Below are positions 12,001-17,800 of a stretch of DNA of 64,000 bases, one piece after another (position 1 is the first letter of the stretch; each line of letters begins with the position of its first letter). A program made the position numbers and the translations under genes. The notes beneath the pieces were generated by a model. It was not told the origin of the DNA, ran no database searches, and saw only the letters and a list, made by a program, of their open reading frames with translations. Source of the stretch: Acidimicrobiales bacterium (GTDB lineage: Bacteria > Actinomycetota > Acidimicrobiia > Acidimicrobiales > Bin134); NCBI GenBank assembly GCA_965116535.1, contig OZ220703.1, positions 385,545 through 449,544 on the forward strand. The letters run 5' to 3'.

Positions 12001-14514
12001 GCCGCTCTCGTCACCGTCGGCGTCCTCGAGCACGCCGCCGTCTGCGTCGAGGACCGACACTTCCGCGTCGTCGTCCTCGGCATCCCAGTTGATCGTCGCC
12101 TGCGACACGCCGCTACCGAGTCCCACCTGGTAGACGCGGTGATCGGCGGTGAAGCCGTGCAGCCTGTCGTCGGACTCGCCCGCCGCGGTCACCGACAGCG
12201 CGCTCAACGACGTGGACGCTGTGGCTCTGGAGGTGTTGTAGGCGAAGATCTTGGAGCGGTCGTTGTTGTCGCCGCGGCCCACGTAGATGACGTCGCCCTC
12301 GATCCAAGCGCCGCGAGTCGTTTCGTCGCCGTCCACACCGTTGGATTGGTGCGTGTCGTGCAGCTCGATGTCCCAGCCGCTGTTGCGCGCCCCACCGTCG
12401 ATCTCGAACGCGTGCAGCTCGTTGTCGTCTTCGTTGAGCACCCAGATCGCGGTGCCGTCGCCGACAACGGCACTGCCGGACGCACCCGAGACGTCGATGT
12501 CCTTGCCCGAGTCGCGGTCGCCGTGGTCGTCGCCCGTCGTGCCGTCGGCGTTGATGTCGATCTTGAAGGCGTACAGCTTCTTGTCCACGGGGTCGCTCAC
12601 CCACATCGTCGAGCCGTTCGACCACAAACCCCCCAGAAATGAGAGAACACCATTGTCCTCGCTGTCCAGCAGCTCAAAGTCCTTGTCCTCGTCGCGGTCG
12701 CCGTGGGCGCTGCCCGCGGTGCCGTCAGCAGCGACGTCCACCTTGTACGCAAACAGCGTTGTGAGCTCGGAATCGGCCACCCACATCGTGCCGCTCACCG
12801 AGCCGTCTCCCGCCTTGACCGCGTTTGACCAGATCCCGCCATCTAGATCGATAGGAAAGCTGTAATCCGGATCGATTTCCGGGAGGGGGTAGAAGCTGCC
12901 CAACTCGATGTCGAGGCCCGCCACCCGGCTGCCGTCGGAGCGGTCGAACGCCAGAAGCTTGTAAAAGCGCACACCGTCATCGAGGTAGCCGGACGCATCG
13001 GCCACCCACAACGTGTCGGCCGTGCCCGCCATGCCTCTGGGCCAGATGCGTCCGACGCTCCACAGGAAGTTGACGTCGTCGCCGGCGCGCCACCCGCCCA
13101 ACTCCGTCGAGCTGCGCCCCAGATGCAGCGTGTAGTCCCGGCTCAGGACGCTGTCGGTGTGCAACACCCTGACAGTGACGGTAGTGACGCCGACCTCCAG
13201 GTCGACCTGGTGGCCGCTCTCGGCACCGTCGGCGTCTTCGAGTACATCACCGTCGGCGTCCAGCACCGACACCTCCGCGACGACCTCGTTCGCGGCCGTC
13301 CATTCGAGCGTCGCCCGCGACACGCCGGCGCTGAACCCCGCGTGGTAGACGCGGTGACCGGCAGCGAAACCGTGCAGCCTGTCGTCGGACTCGCCCGCCG
13401 CGGTCGCCGACAACGCGGCCAATTCGGGGGCGGGCAGCTCATCCACCACCTGAAACACGTCCGACAGGCCCAGAAACCCAAACTCCATGGAGTTGTCGAG
13501 TGTGTTGTCCTTCCTTTCCCCAGTCGAGGAGCTGAACGTCGTAGCGGCCGACAAGTATGTCCCCGTACGCACGGTTGTCGAACCCAGCGTCGCCCCCTCC
13601 TTCTGGCTGCCGTCGGAAGCTGAGCCCGTCCAAATGCGGCTAAAGTAAGTGAAACCTGCCTCCGAGCCGTCCTCGGAGCGAGGGCGCCCTCTCCAAGGGT
13701 TGCCGATCTCCCAGAATTCCTCGTAGTCGTCGATCCTGTCATTGACTTCATTGCCGCGGAGATGATGGCCCTTCAGCCAGTGAATGGGCACGCCCTCGCC
13801 GCCGCCGTTGGTGAACGTCGTCCCGGTGTGGTCGCGGGCCGAGACCGCAGCGGTGCTGGCCAGCACCTTGAAGAACCGGGAATGCTGCCTGATGGATGGG
13901 TGGCCGTGGATGGCGATCGTGTCGCGCACGAACGCGTCGTAGTCTTCGATATCGGTCGATGTGGCGTCCCTCTTGGTGCTCGTCAAAATCATGAGCCGGA
14001 ACTGGTCGCCCGCGCTCACGCCAGCGGGGTTGCCGTCCCAGGTTGAGGGCACCCCGACCACGCCGGCGGGCAGGGCCCGAACTATGGTCAGGGTGTAGGT
14101 CTCCGTGTCTGCGGTGGTGTCCTCCGGAGTGACCACCAGCTTCACCGTGTTGACGCCGGCGGCCAAGTCGACCTGGAACCCGGTCGCGGCGTCCGCGTCG
14201 GTGAGGGCCGAGTCGTCGCCGTCGGTGAAAGCCACCGTCTGGCCGCTGTGGCCCTTGGTGAACCCGACCGTCACCCGAGCGTCGTCGTCGGCAACGTCCA
14301 CCCGGTAGGCGTACACGCCCGAGGAGAACACCGGCGACAGGGTCTCGCCGGTCACCGTGATGCCGTTGAGCGTGGCAACGCTCGACTGCGCCTGGGCCAA
14401 CGCCGGCGACGACGACGGCGGCAGCAGCGCGGCCACCAGCGCCAGCGCAACGGCCAGCATCGATGCCCGGATCCCTTTCCGCACCGCCCTCAACTTCCTA
14501 GAGAACCCCAACAC
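1..14514 (-). CDS. Giant secreted multi-repeat protein, N-terminal 4,838 codons; the C-terminus lies beyond the left window edge. Contains a signal peptide, about 14 cadherin-like beta-sandwich modules, nine 5-fold WSDG-type propeller units, three copies of an unassigned ~190-aa module, and Ig/Calx-like modules near the left edge.
   Basis: I hand-translated the reverse complement in the frame whose codon first bases fall on coordinates divisible by 3. It gives sensible protein at every point sampled: from 14514 VLGFSRKLRAVRKGIRASMLAVALALVAALLPPSSSPALAQAQSSVATLNGITVTGETLSPVFSSGVYAYRVDV; from 13440 ELPAPELAALSATAAGESDD; from 10020 GDEESSKAFAYNTTHDTSTS; from 7290 PVGLWSDGTTMWVVHNT; from 480 EYIWSDGRTMWVTDADDQKL; from 60 GATSPAALGTTTTLTIPAGD. 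An in-frame TGA at 14533-14535 closes the frame upstream. The supplied track has no minus-strand ORF in this frame between 1 and 14535, as expected for a frame with no stop before the edge. I prefer the GTG start at 14514, which gives a basic n-region, over ATG 14460. Confidence 0.85.
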   Translation of the reverse strand, partial: MLGFSRKLRAVRKGIRASMLAVALALVAALLPPSSSPALAQAQSSVATLNGITVTGETLSPVFSSGVYAYRVDVADDDARVTVGFTKGHSGQTVAFTDGDDSALTDADAATGFQVDLAAGVNTVKLVVTPEDTTADTETYTLTIVRALPAGVVGVPSTWDGNPAGVSAGDQFRLMILTSTKRDATSTDIEDYDAFVRDTIAIHGHPSIRQHSRFFKVLASTAAVSARDHTGTTFTNGGGEGVPIHWLKGHHLRGNEVNDRIDDYEEFWEIGNPWRGRPRSEDGSEAGFTYFSRIWTGSASDGSQKEGATLGSTTVRTGTYLSAATTFSSSTGERKDNTLDNSMEFGFLGLSDVFQVVDELPAPELAALSATAAGESDDRLHGFAAGHRVYHAGFSAGVSRATLEWTAANEVVAEVSVLDADGDVLEDADGAESGHQVDLEVGVTTVTVRVLHTDSVLSRDYTLHLGRSSTELGGWRAGDDVNFLWSVGRIWPRGMAGTADTLWVADASGYLDDGVRFYKLLAFDRSDGSRVAGLDIELGSFYPLPEIDPDYSFPIDLDGGIWSNAVKAGDGSVSGTMWVADSELTTLFAYKVDVAADGTAGSAHGDRDEDKDFELLDSEDNGVLSFLGGLWSNGSTMWVSDPVDKKLYAFKIDINADGTTGDDHGDRDSGKDIDVSGASGSAVVGDGTAIWVLNEDDNELHAFEIDGGARNSGWDIELHDTHQSNGVDGDETTRGAWIEGDVIYVGRGDNNDRSKIFAYNTSRATASTSLSALSVTAAGESDDRLHGFTADHRVYQVGLGSGVSQATINWDAEDDDAEVSVLDADGGVLEDADGDESGHQVVDLEAGINTVIVRVLDADAGLSGDYTLHLAVNSRELGGRRAGDDVHYLSGVDNIKPRGMAGTADTLWVADAGSNKVLAFDRSDGTREASLDIHLSDSDRRLWGGIWSDMVKDDNDSTVSGTMWVSNPERNNDDKIYAYKIDVNADGTKGGTHGDRDSDKDIDLHDDNNDPEGLWSNGTTMWVSDSRDHHLYAYHLGGANHGDRDSDKDINVSGEYDGRGRAIVGDGTAIWVLNDATTEKLYAFEIAGGARNSGWDIKLDRDQSAGNRNRGAWIEGGAIYVGFGDGAGSKIFAYNTSRATASQQLSALSVTAAGESDDRLHSFTSDHLVYNAGFSDGVSQATLNWTADDDATVSVLDADGGELEDADDMEDHHQVDLEEGLNAVTVRVLDTGSGVGSDYTLHLGVSSTELGGWRAGNDVDFLWNVNNIKPRGMAGTVDTLWVADASDNTVRAFDRSDGSREAGLDINLSGDNGKLWGGIWSDMVKDGTDSTVSGTLWVSDPDDDKLYAYKIAVNADGTAGGTHGDRDLDKDIVLSEDSSPPSERNSDPEGLWSNGSTMWVTDSRDDKLYAYTLATGDRDSSKEIDVSSVFSDSERPRAIVGDGTAIWVFNDSDNKLYAFQIANKLRNEGWDIELHDSQRSGNRNRGAWIEGGVIYVGRGDEESSKAFAYNTTHDTSTSGVALSSLTLTGSDSSALTLSPTFTGGVTYYEAAVASAGEVTVAAALSTGSTGLKIAPVDADPNETGHQVAVTFGHTPIEVTATAPNGHIVTYRVLVSVGEVEVVGHWELRPPGLSFGDRFRLLGNTTSPPSYPSLNTIGGYNTFAQNNVSANGHASLRAHSAGFRVLGCTATVSARANTGTEYRDAVGLRGVGVYWVGGDKVADDYADLYDGGWDSKEVREVNGKVEGRWPVIVDPEDGTKDPDPTVYAVGTGCDNDGFPNELSPLGNPSSIIYGDPGHTAIPPHSQTDREPIHAFTSLTTPLDPFPIPPVMALSPVFRLGLSANLHPLSVTAAGESDERLDGFRPDHHVYNVGFDNGVEQATIAWTADPGVTVSVTDSGDTAVDDADDNRAGHQVNLNAGLNTFKVKTSVPDTTHTRTYTLYLGRGSDAAGGWRAGDDINYLWDVAGIKPRGIAVTEATLWVGDDTTKTLLAFNRSDGRRAEGLDIVLVNSATDRGEVNQNLDGGIFTDAEAEGNSSVSGTIWVADDGKNHIFAYKIDINADGTKGTDHGDRDSGKDIGLDTAKNDTPRGLWSNGTTMWVGDSDRSDDDDRRFYAYTLETGANYGDRDSGKDINIASEVERNKLRGITGDGTAIWALHQDDRKLYAFEIDGKDRNSDWDISLHSGHLTGGGSIRGVWLSDDIMYVGRGDGTRSKVFAYNALATSLDDDAALSGLTVQGEAVNGFDPATLTYTVDVAAASSVSVVPEFRGNNASVAFLDAGDMAITDADANADGLQAALPAGVSTVKVVVTAEDGTSTETYTLTVRLGSSETFGWLVVDDMDWLAAGNGFPNDIWSDGTTLWVLDDTADHVFAYTRADGERDTSKELDSAALSVDAADCGPFSEGRCDPNPVGLWSDGTTMWVVHNTLTSGSEKAYAYKLSDLSRASDSDLELVQSNNDPRSLWSDGTTMWVLNSDSSSKRMFAYARDDGARQHSKDGESREFDLHSDNANPEGVWSDGVTMWVAKNDSTNSEYKLYAYTLDTGARDSSKDFNTLAGAGQSFPLGIWSDGEVMWVAERASGSSPSGYVGQKLFSYKMPESDNVELGMVSVTHSGGALDVVPDPDDDALLLAVAPADVAEVTVAVGTRQLKATAAITSPVDSNNVDGGHQVSLPVTGTVDVSVTVTAQDGTTKTYTIRLRRQSADASLSALSVAGTPVPGFAADKLEYTVNVGHDVEEAAVSATAGHENATVALLSVTGVPPSEVESELADSAGKDSDTHILTHTVSSLAEGANKLRLRVTAEDGTTTGDYNLTVTRAAAPSEDASLSGLSVQGVAVAGFASGTLAYAVDVAAAASVSVVPVFSDDGASVAYFDGNDTAISDSDGDLSNGLQAALPAGVSTVKVVVTAQDTTSTQTYVLTVRLGSSEVGVWKVVDDVEWLDSTNWAPRGLWSDGSTLWVADDWGDRVFAYAWPGGVRQDGTSGTDDLELDDTELTVLSNCGLSGNDKCSPAVYGVWRGADALWVLNYDDPAARVHPYDISTGAPHGTLQPFGVPAAAGDAAGLWSDGSTLWTVDADTDRVYAFDLSSGLRLDGNDGRADREFDLDGDNANAQGIWSDGVTVWVTESDETNGDDKLYAYNLADGSRAAAKDLATTTAGVPRWTRAGLWSDGVTMWVSAIGAGRPKGAGTGQKLYSFNMPVSDNADLGKVTVTHADGTLDVVADPDNDAVRLVTVPSGIDEVTVAASARQLRATAAVTSPADSSNTDGGHQVDLSGLTGNGTVDVTVTVTAQDTTTTETYTVTFSREPVILAEGVTAVPDGWTLTPSGLNDGDQFRLLALTVSKRDATATAIANYDSHVRADIGANGHAAVGSFGGLFTVLGCTQGLSARDHTGTTYTDDDTGVPVYWLNGAKIADHYKAFYTEDWQSLVSRFTSGADNSRETSAWTGCSSDGTAHATGYLGKAPEAQIGTPETAGDAFDANTASSNGALPLYALSGVFQVVDELPSPELAALSASAAGESDDRLHGFTADHLVYHAGFDSDVGQVTLDWTTTADAADVVVAVFDANGDRLDDADTTSGAAGHQVALGAAGTVTVLTVRVSVPDSVLATEYTLHLGRGSADAGKWRAGDDFNFLWDTENIEPRDVWGTAGTLWVADDGSDKVLAFNRSDGSRVAVLDIELNTGDGNEALGAGVFADVEVAGDDSVSGTMWVADPDDDKLYAYKIDVTAAGAAGPVHGDRDSAKDIAQPAGHDDPAGIWSNGDTMWVGDSEDRKIYAYTLATKAHDSAKDISLTEVFDSGESLRGIASDGTAIWALNDSDGKLYAFQLADGTRNEAWDIGLHESHTGSGGQIGGVWHDGGVVYVGRGDGAEHSKVFAYNSTHDTSLDGDATLKSDSIELTDGYNNPLTLTPLTATFYIATALEGADTVTVSAEPTAATSQVSFAPADADGNSGNGHQVSLVRGSNGIVVTVTAEDGTMARYLIDVTVPADASLRALEVTGSDSQPAVLSPTFASDVHEYTAGFAAGTSPVTVSPTKTDVSAGVAFLDGDDGTLDDADNDAGNGFQVALSAGANTVKVKVTGSDNLATRTYVLTLNLGSDSSGEWKAVDDIPVLATANDEPRGLFRVGDRMYVLDAGGALYAYNTDTKQHDSGAGFALDAANSDPRGSWSNGTVMWVADAGDDKLYAYALSDGTRQDGTGATDDLEFDLADHATDDAADNGDPRGIWSNGTVMWVADAGDDKLYAYALSDGTRQDGTGATDDLEFDLADHATDDAADNGDPDGIWSDGTVMWVADTADDKLYAYALSDGTRQDGTGATDDLEFDNLIGGAGGAGGSRSGSPDQKGPVGQNGPRQAPNPDKSLSIWSDGDTLWVASGSDDAIYSYNMFSRETADPSPVTLKLRRDESSGERISEISENGGTAQLYATLDPTVDGPVTITVSVPDDSPVTLSSTTLSFAANAGESTSPITITSSDDAVRTGPRPVVFTATVTTGISLVDKNPLPITLLVADDEPVPVGVGRYDSSRDFNLAADNARPRGVWSDDTTLWVVDQPVSSSDGPHRLFAYGVAEGSTYGTRIESSDWTLASHGVHKGVWSNLTTLWAVDKDVGNLRAYLFSNRAYRRFDTIALDSANANPGGVWSDGTTIWVVDTEDLRLYAYHINEEYDAEFGSYTVERDLPLHVENDAPEYIWSDGRTMWVTDADDQKLYAYKMVLDYGALETEDDDDPVLITWQHDPGQDLALHADNDSPVGIWSDGITLWVVNDNTDSNVRDKVFAYDLPPKATLTLSRPSVPEDDAAVTATVTASIDRTSADPITFTVGVEAGAPAGATSPAALGTTTTLTIPAGD
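1567..2088 (-). repeat. In-frame tandem repeat, 3 x 174 bp (58 aa, one propeller blade each) inside the giant CDS
   Basis: The string gaactcgagatcgtcggtag recurs at 1567, 1741 and 1915, an exact 174-nt period. Copies 2 and 3 are identical over the first ~130 nt except for one base. Copy 1 differs from copy 2 at about 10 positions. Each copy encodes ...GIWS(N/D)GTVMWVADAGDDKLYAYALSDGTRQDGTGATDDLEFDLADHATDDAADNGDP... Confidence 0.9.
9960..13440 (-). repeat. Tandem array of three ~1.1-1.2-kb super-modules, each a cadherin-like domain plus a 5-blade 'type II' propeller, inside the giant CDS
   Basis: The landmark gtcgtcggactcgcccgccgcgg (encoding AAGESDD) recurs at 13381, 12166 and 11041, periods 1215 and 1125 nt. 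Diverged copies lie at ~8945 and 3961. Each landmark is followed by blades of the form GTADTLWVAD / SVSGTMWVAD / GLWSNGxTMWVxD / GDGTAIWVLN / GAWIEGxxIYVG. Confidence 0.8.
14389..14514 (-). other. Predicted Sec-type signal peptide of the giant protein
   Basis: The translated N-terminus has a basic n-region (SRKLRAVRKGIR), a hydrophobic core (MLAVALALVAALL) and ALA-QA at the predicted cleavage position. Confidence 0.6.
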
Positions 14515-14729
14515 TCTCGGCCGCCCCCCGGGTCACGGTTGGGTCGGCGCGGGCGTCGCTGGCGTACATGCGCTCCCAGCTGAACGCGCTGTCTGCGAGA
14601 GGGCCGTCGGGATCGGAGCTATCCGTAGACATCTGGCCTCGATCTCTCCAATCTCGGTGCGGGTCGGACGCGAGCACCCGGCAGGACATCAGCGAACTGC
14701 CGGGCCTCTCCACATTAGCGCGGTGATCA

Positions 14730-14790
14730 GGGAATATAAAGAATCAGATATCTATAATTTATATATGAGCCGGTTCTCATAGACCGACTT
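14730..14790 (-). promoter_or_regulatory. AT-rich patch upstream of the giant CDS; candidate promoter or operator region
   Basis: The sequence gggaatataaagaatcagatatctataatttatatatgagccgg is sharply AT-rich against a GC-rich background and contains the 8-bp palindrome AGATATCT. It sits in the 298-nt gap between the stop of the LRR gene (14813) and the GTG at 14514. No promoter hexamers could be assigned with confidence. Confidence 0.35.
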
Positions 14791-14812
14791 CGCGAGCGAA
14801 ACCGACCAGGGA

Positions 14813-17800
14813 CTAGTCGGCGGCGGTGATGGTGAAGCTGATCTCGAGTGTGCCCACCTCGTCGCCTCTGAGGCCTCGTTGTGACCAGGCGTTGGCGGTG
14901 AGCGTGTACTCGCCGGCAGGCAGCGCCTGACCGTTGAGCTCGATGTCGCCGCCGCTGGAGGTGTCGCCGTGCAGCGAGTAGGGGGCGTAGCTCTCGGTCT
15001 TGGGCCCATAGGACACCGGCCCGGTCAGCTCCAAGCTGACACTGCCCACGCTGTGCCCATCAACGATGGCGGCCTCGATCGCGAAGCTCCCGGTGCCGGG
15101 GCTGTCGAGCTCCACGGTGCCGCCGTCGGCCAGCGACGCGATCAGCGATTGATCGCCGGCGTCCACCAGACGGAACCCCGCCAGTGACCCCGTGTCGGGC
15201 TTGGCGGTCACGGTGAAGCTGAACTCGAGAGTGCCGAGCTCGTCGCCGCTGAGGCCTCGTTGTGACCAGGCGGTGGCGGTGAGCGTGTACTCGCCGGCGG
15301 GCAGCGCCTGACCGTTGAGCTCGACGTCGTCGCCGCTGGAGGTGTCGCCGTGCAGCGAGTAGGGGGCGTAGCTCTCGGTCTTGGGCCCATAGGACACCGG
15401 CCCGGTCAGCTCGAAGCTGACACTGCCCACGCTCTCGCCGTCGGCGATGGTGGCCTCGATGGCGAAGCTCCCGGCGTCAGGGCTGTCGAGCTCGACAGTG
15501 TCGCCATCGGCCAGCAACGAGATCAGCGACTGATCAGCGGCGTCCACCAGACGGAACCCGTCCAGCGGCCCCGCAGGCGGCGTCTCGGGCGGTGCGGCGG
15601 GCACCGACACCGAGGCCTCATCGCTCGGCAAGCTCAGCCCGCTGTCGGCGGTGACCGTCTTCACCACATAGGAATAGTCCCTGCCGTACGCCACGTCGGT
15701 ATCGGTGAACGCAGTGGTCCCGCCGGTGGTCCCCAGCACCGAGAACTCCGACTCGCCCGGACCGCGACGCAGCACCTGATAGTCCGTGACGGCGATCTCG
15801 TTGCGCGGGTCGGACTCCACCTCATCCCACGACAGCAGCACCTGCGGCCCCTCAGGCGCCAACGACACCGACGCCGCCACGTTCTCCGGCCACGGCACCA
15901 ACGCACCCGACTCAGCAGCCGGCGGATTGTTCGTCTTCGTGATGTGGCGCGCGGACATCAGGTCGAACACCGCGCACCCGTCATATATCGAATGTTCGAC
16001 CTCAATGTCGACGGGGTTGCTAAACTTCAACTTGACGCACCAGTTCGCGAACCGGTTGGCGTTCGTCATGGCAATCACCGACGCCGACGGTGTGAAGGTG
16101 CGCTTCAGCGGCCCGACCGTCTGCGGCGGGGTAACTCGCAGGTAGCTGACGGCATTGATGCTCACTACTTCGATCTCGTCGCACATGAAGACCGTTGTGG
16201 AGTATTGCATTCTGCAGAACTCCCACGTGTACAAGCCGATGACGGGTCTCTCGCCCTCGTTCAACAAGCTGGGCGCCATCATGAGTACCTCGCCGTTTTG
16301 GGGGCCGCCGAGCTGTAGTCGAGCGTTGTAGACGACATCGTTGGCGTGGATGAGGCTGCCGTCGTCGTTGTAGGCATCCTGCCAGCTCTTGTCCAGGTCC
16401 AGGTAGGCAGGCATGACGGGTATCCACTCAGTGGAGGCCTGGCTGAACGACTCGTCGGTGCCGAAGCGCCGGATGGTGTACTGGAACGCCGTCCCTATGA
16501 CCGTTTCCGTGTCGCGCCAGCGTCCCTCAGCGTGGTCGTCGCTCGGTGGGACGCCGTTCCACTCCTTGACCAGCCGCTCCGCCTGGTACTGCCCATCCCC
16601 GCGCCACAGCTCGGTGCGGGCCACGCACTGCGGTTTGTCGACCTTGGCCCACCCCAGCACTATCCACTCGCGGAGGGGCCCGTCGAAGCTGTGCAGGCCG
16701 GGGAAGAGGTTGCCCTTGCGGCCGCCCTCGAGTCCGTCGCCGTCGCTGTAGACGGTGTTGAGCGACACCGCGCCAGGCGCGCACCCCTCGCGTCGCATCG
16801 GCGGCGGCTCGCGGTAGACGCGCACCCGCTCATGGTCGAAGTCCTCGACAAGGTCATCTGAGGCGAAGGTGGCGCCGGTCCACACCCTGTGCCAGCCGCC
16901 GTCGCGCAGCTTTACCTGGATGCCCGGCCGGTTCGTGTCGGCGTCGTGGTAGGCGTATTCGATGACGAGAGAGGACGGGAGATCGATGCGGGGCGCGGTG
17001 ATATCGATCTGGTCTCGGCCGCGCACCTTCTGGCGGTGGTGCGCCGCCAGAGGGGTGATGGTGACCTGGTCGACATCGGCGCCCACGTAGATGTCCCACC
17101 GGTCGTTGAGCTCGTCGTACTCCACCCACCCCGCGCTGGAGCGCACCTCGGCCAGCGGATCCTCGAACAGCGAGTATTCGCACGCCGTATTGAAGCTCGC
17201 CTCAATATGGAGTATGCCGGGCCGCTTGGCATTCACCGCCGTCTTCACCCTATTGAGGGCGGTCTGGCTCCCATAGGACGTCCCTGAGACGTCCACGAAA
17301 TCCAATCTCGTGGTTTCCTCGAAGCGGGCGGCAAAACTTGTCGCACTGGCCGCGTCCGGGGCGGTGAAGCTGTTGCACGCCAGGTCCAGTCGGATCAGGC
17401 CAGCGAGACCGTCGAAAATGTCAGCGCTCAGGCTGTCTGGGAGCTGGTTGGAGCGCAGCCCCAAGAACTTCAGATCCCCGCCCAGCGGGTCGAACACGTC
17501 GGCGGGCAGCGAGGAGATGAGGTTCTCGGACAAATCCAAGAATTTCATGTTGAAGGGGCCGACGGGGGTTGCGCTGTCGTCGCCCTTGAAGATGTCTTCG
17601 GGCAGAGTCGTCAGGCGGTTGCCGGAAAGGTCCAGAGTCTTCAGTTCCGCGAGCCCGTCAAGCAGGTCGACGTTCAGGCTGGCCAGCTCGTTGTCGTCCA
17701 ACTCCAGCACGAACAACTCCCCGAGCCCGTCGAACAGGCTCGCAGGCAGCGAAGTCAGATTGTTGCCGCTCAGATTCACAGCACTCAAGTTCGTGCGCCC

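Noticed and set aside
4000-14040. Diversity-generating retroelement targeting the lectin-like modules (near-identical repeat copies plus a possible C-type-lectin-like fold).
   Set aside because: No reverse transcriptase or accessory gene is in the window. Differences between repeat copies and between the tandem paralogs include indels and all base types rather than adenine-specific substitutions.
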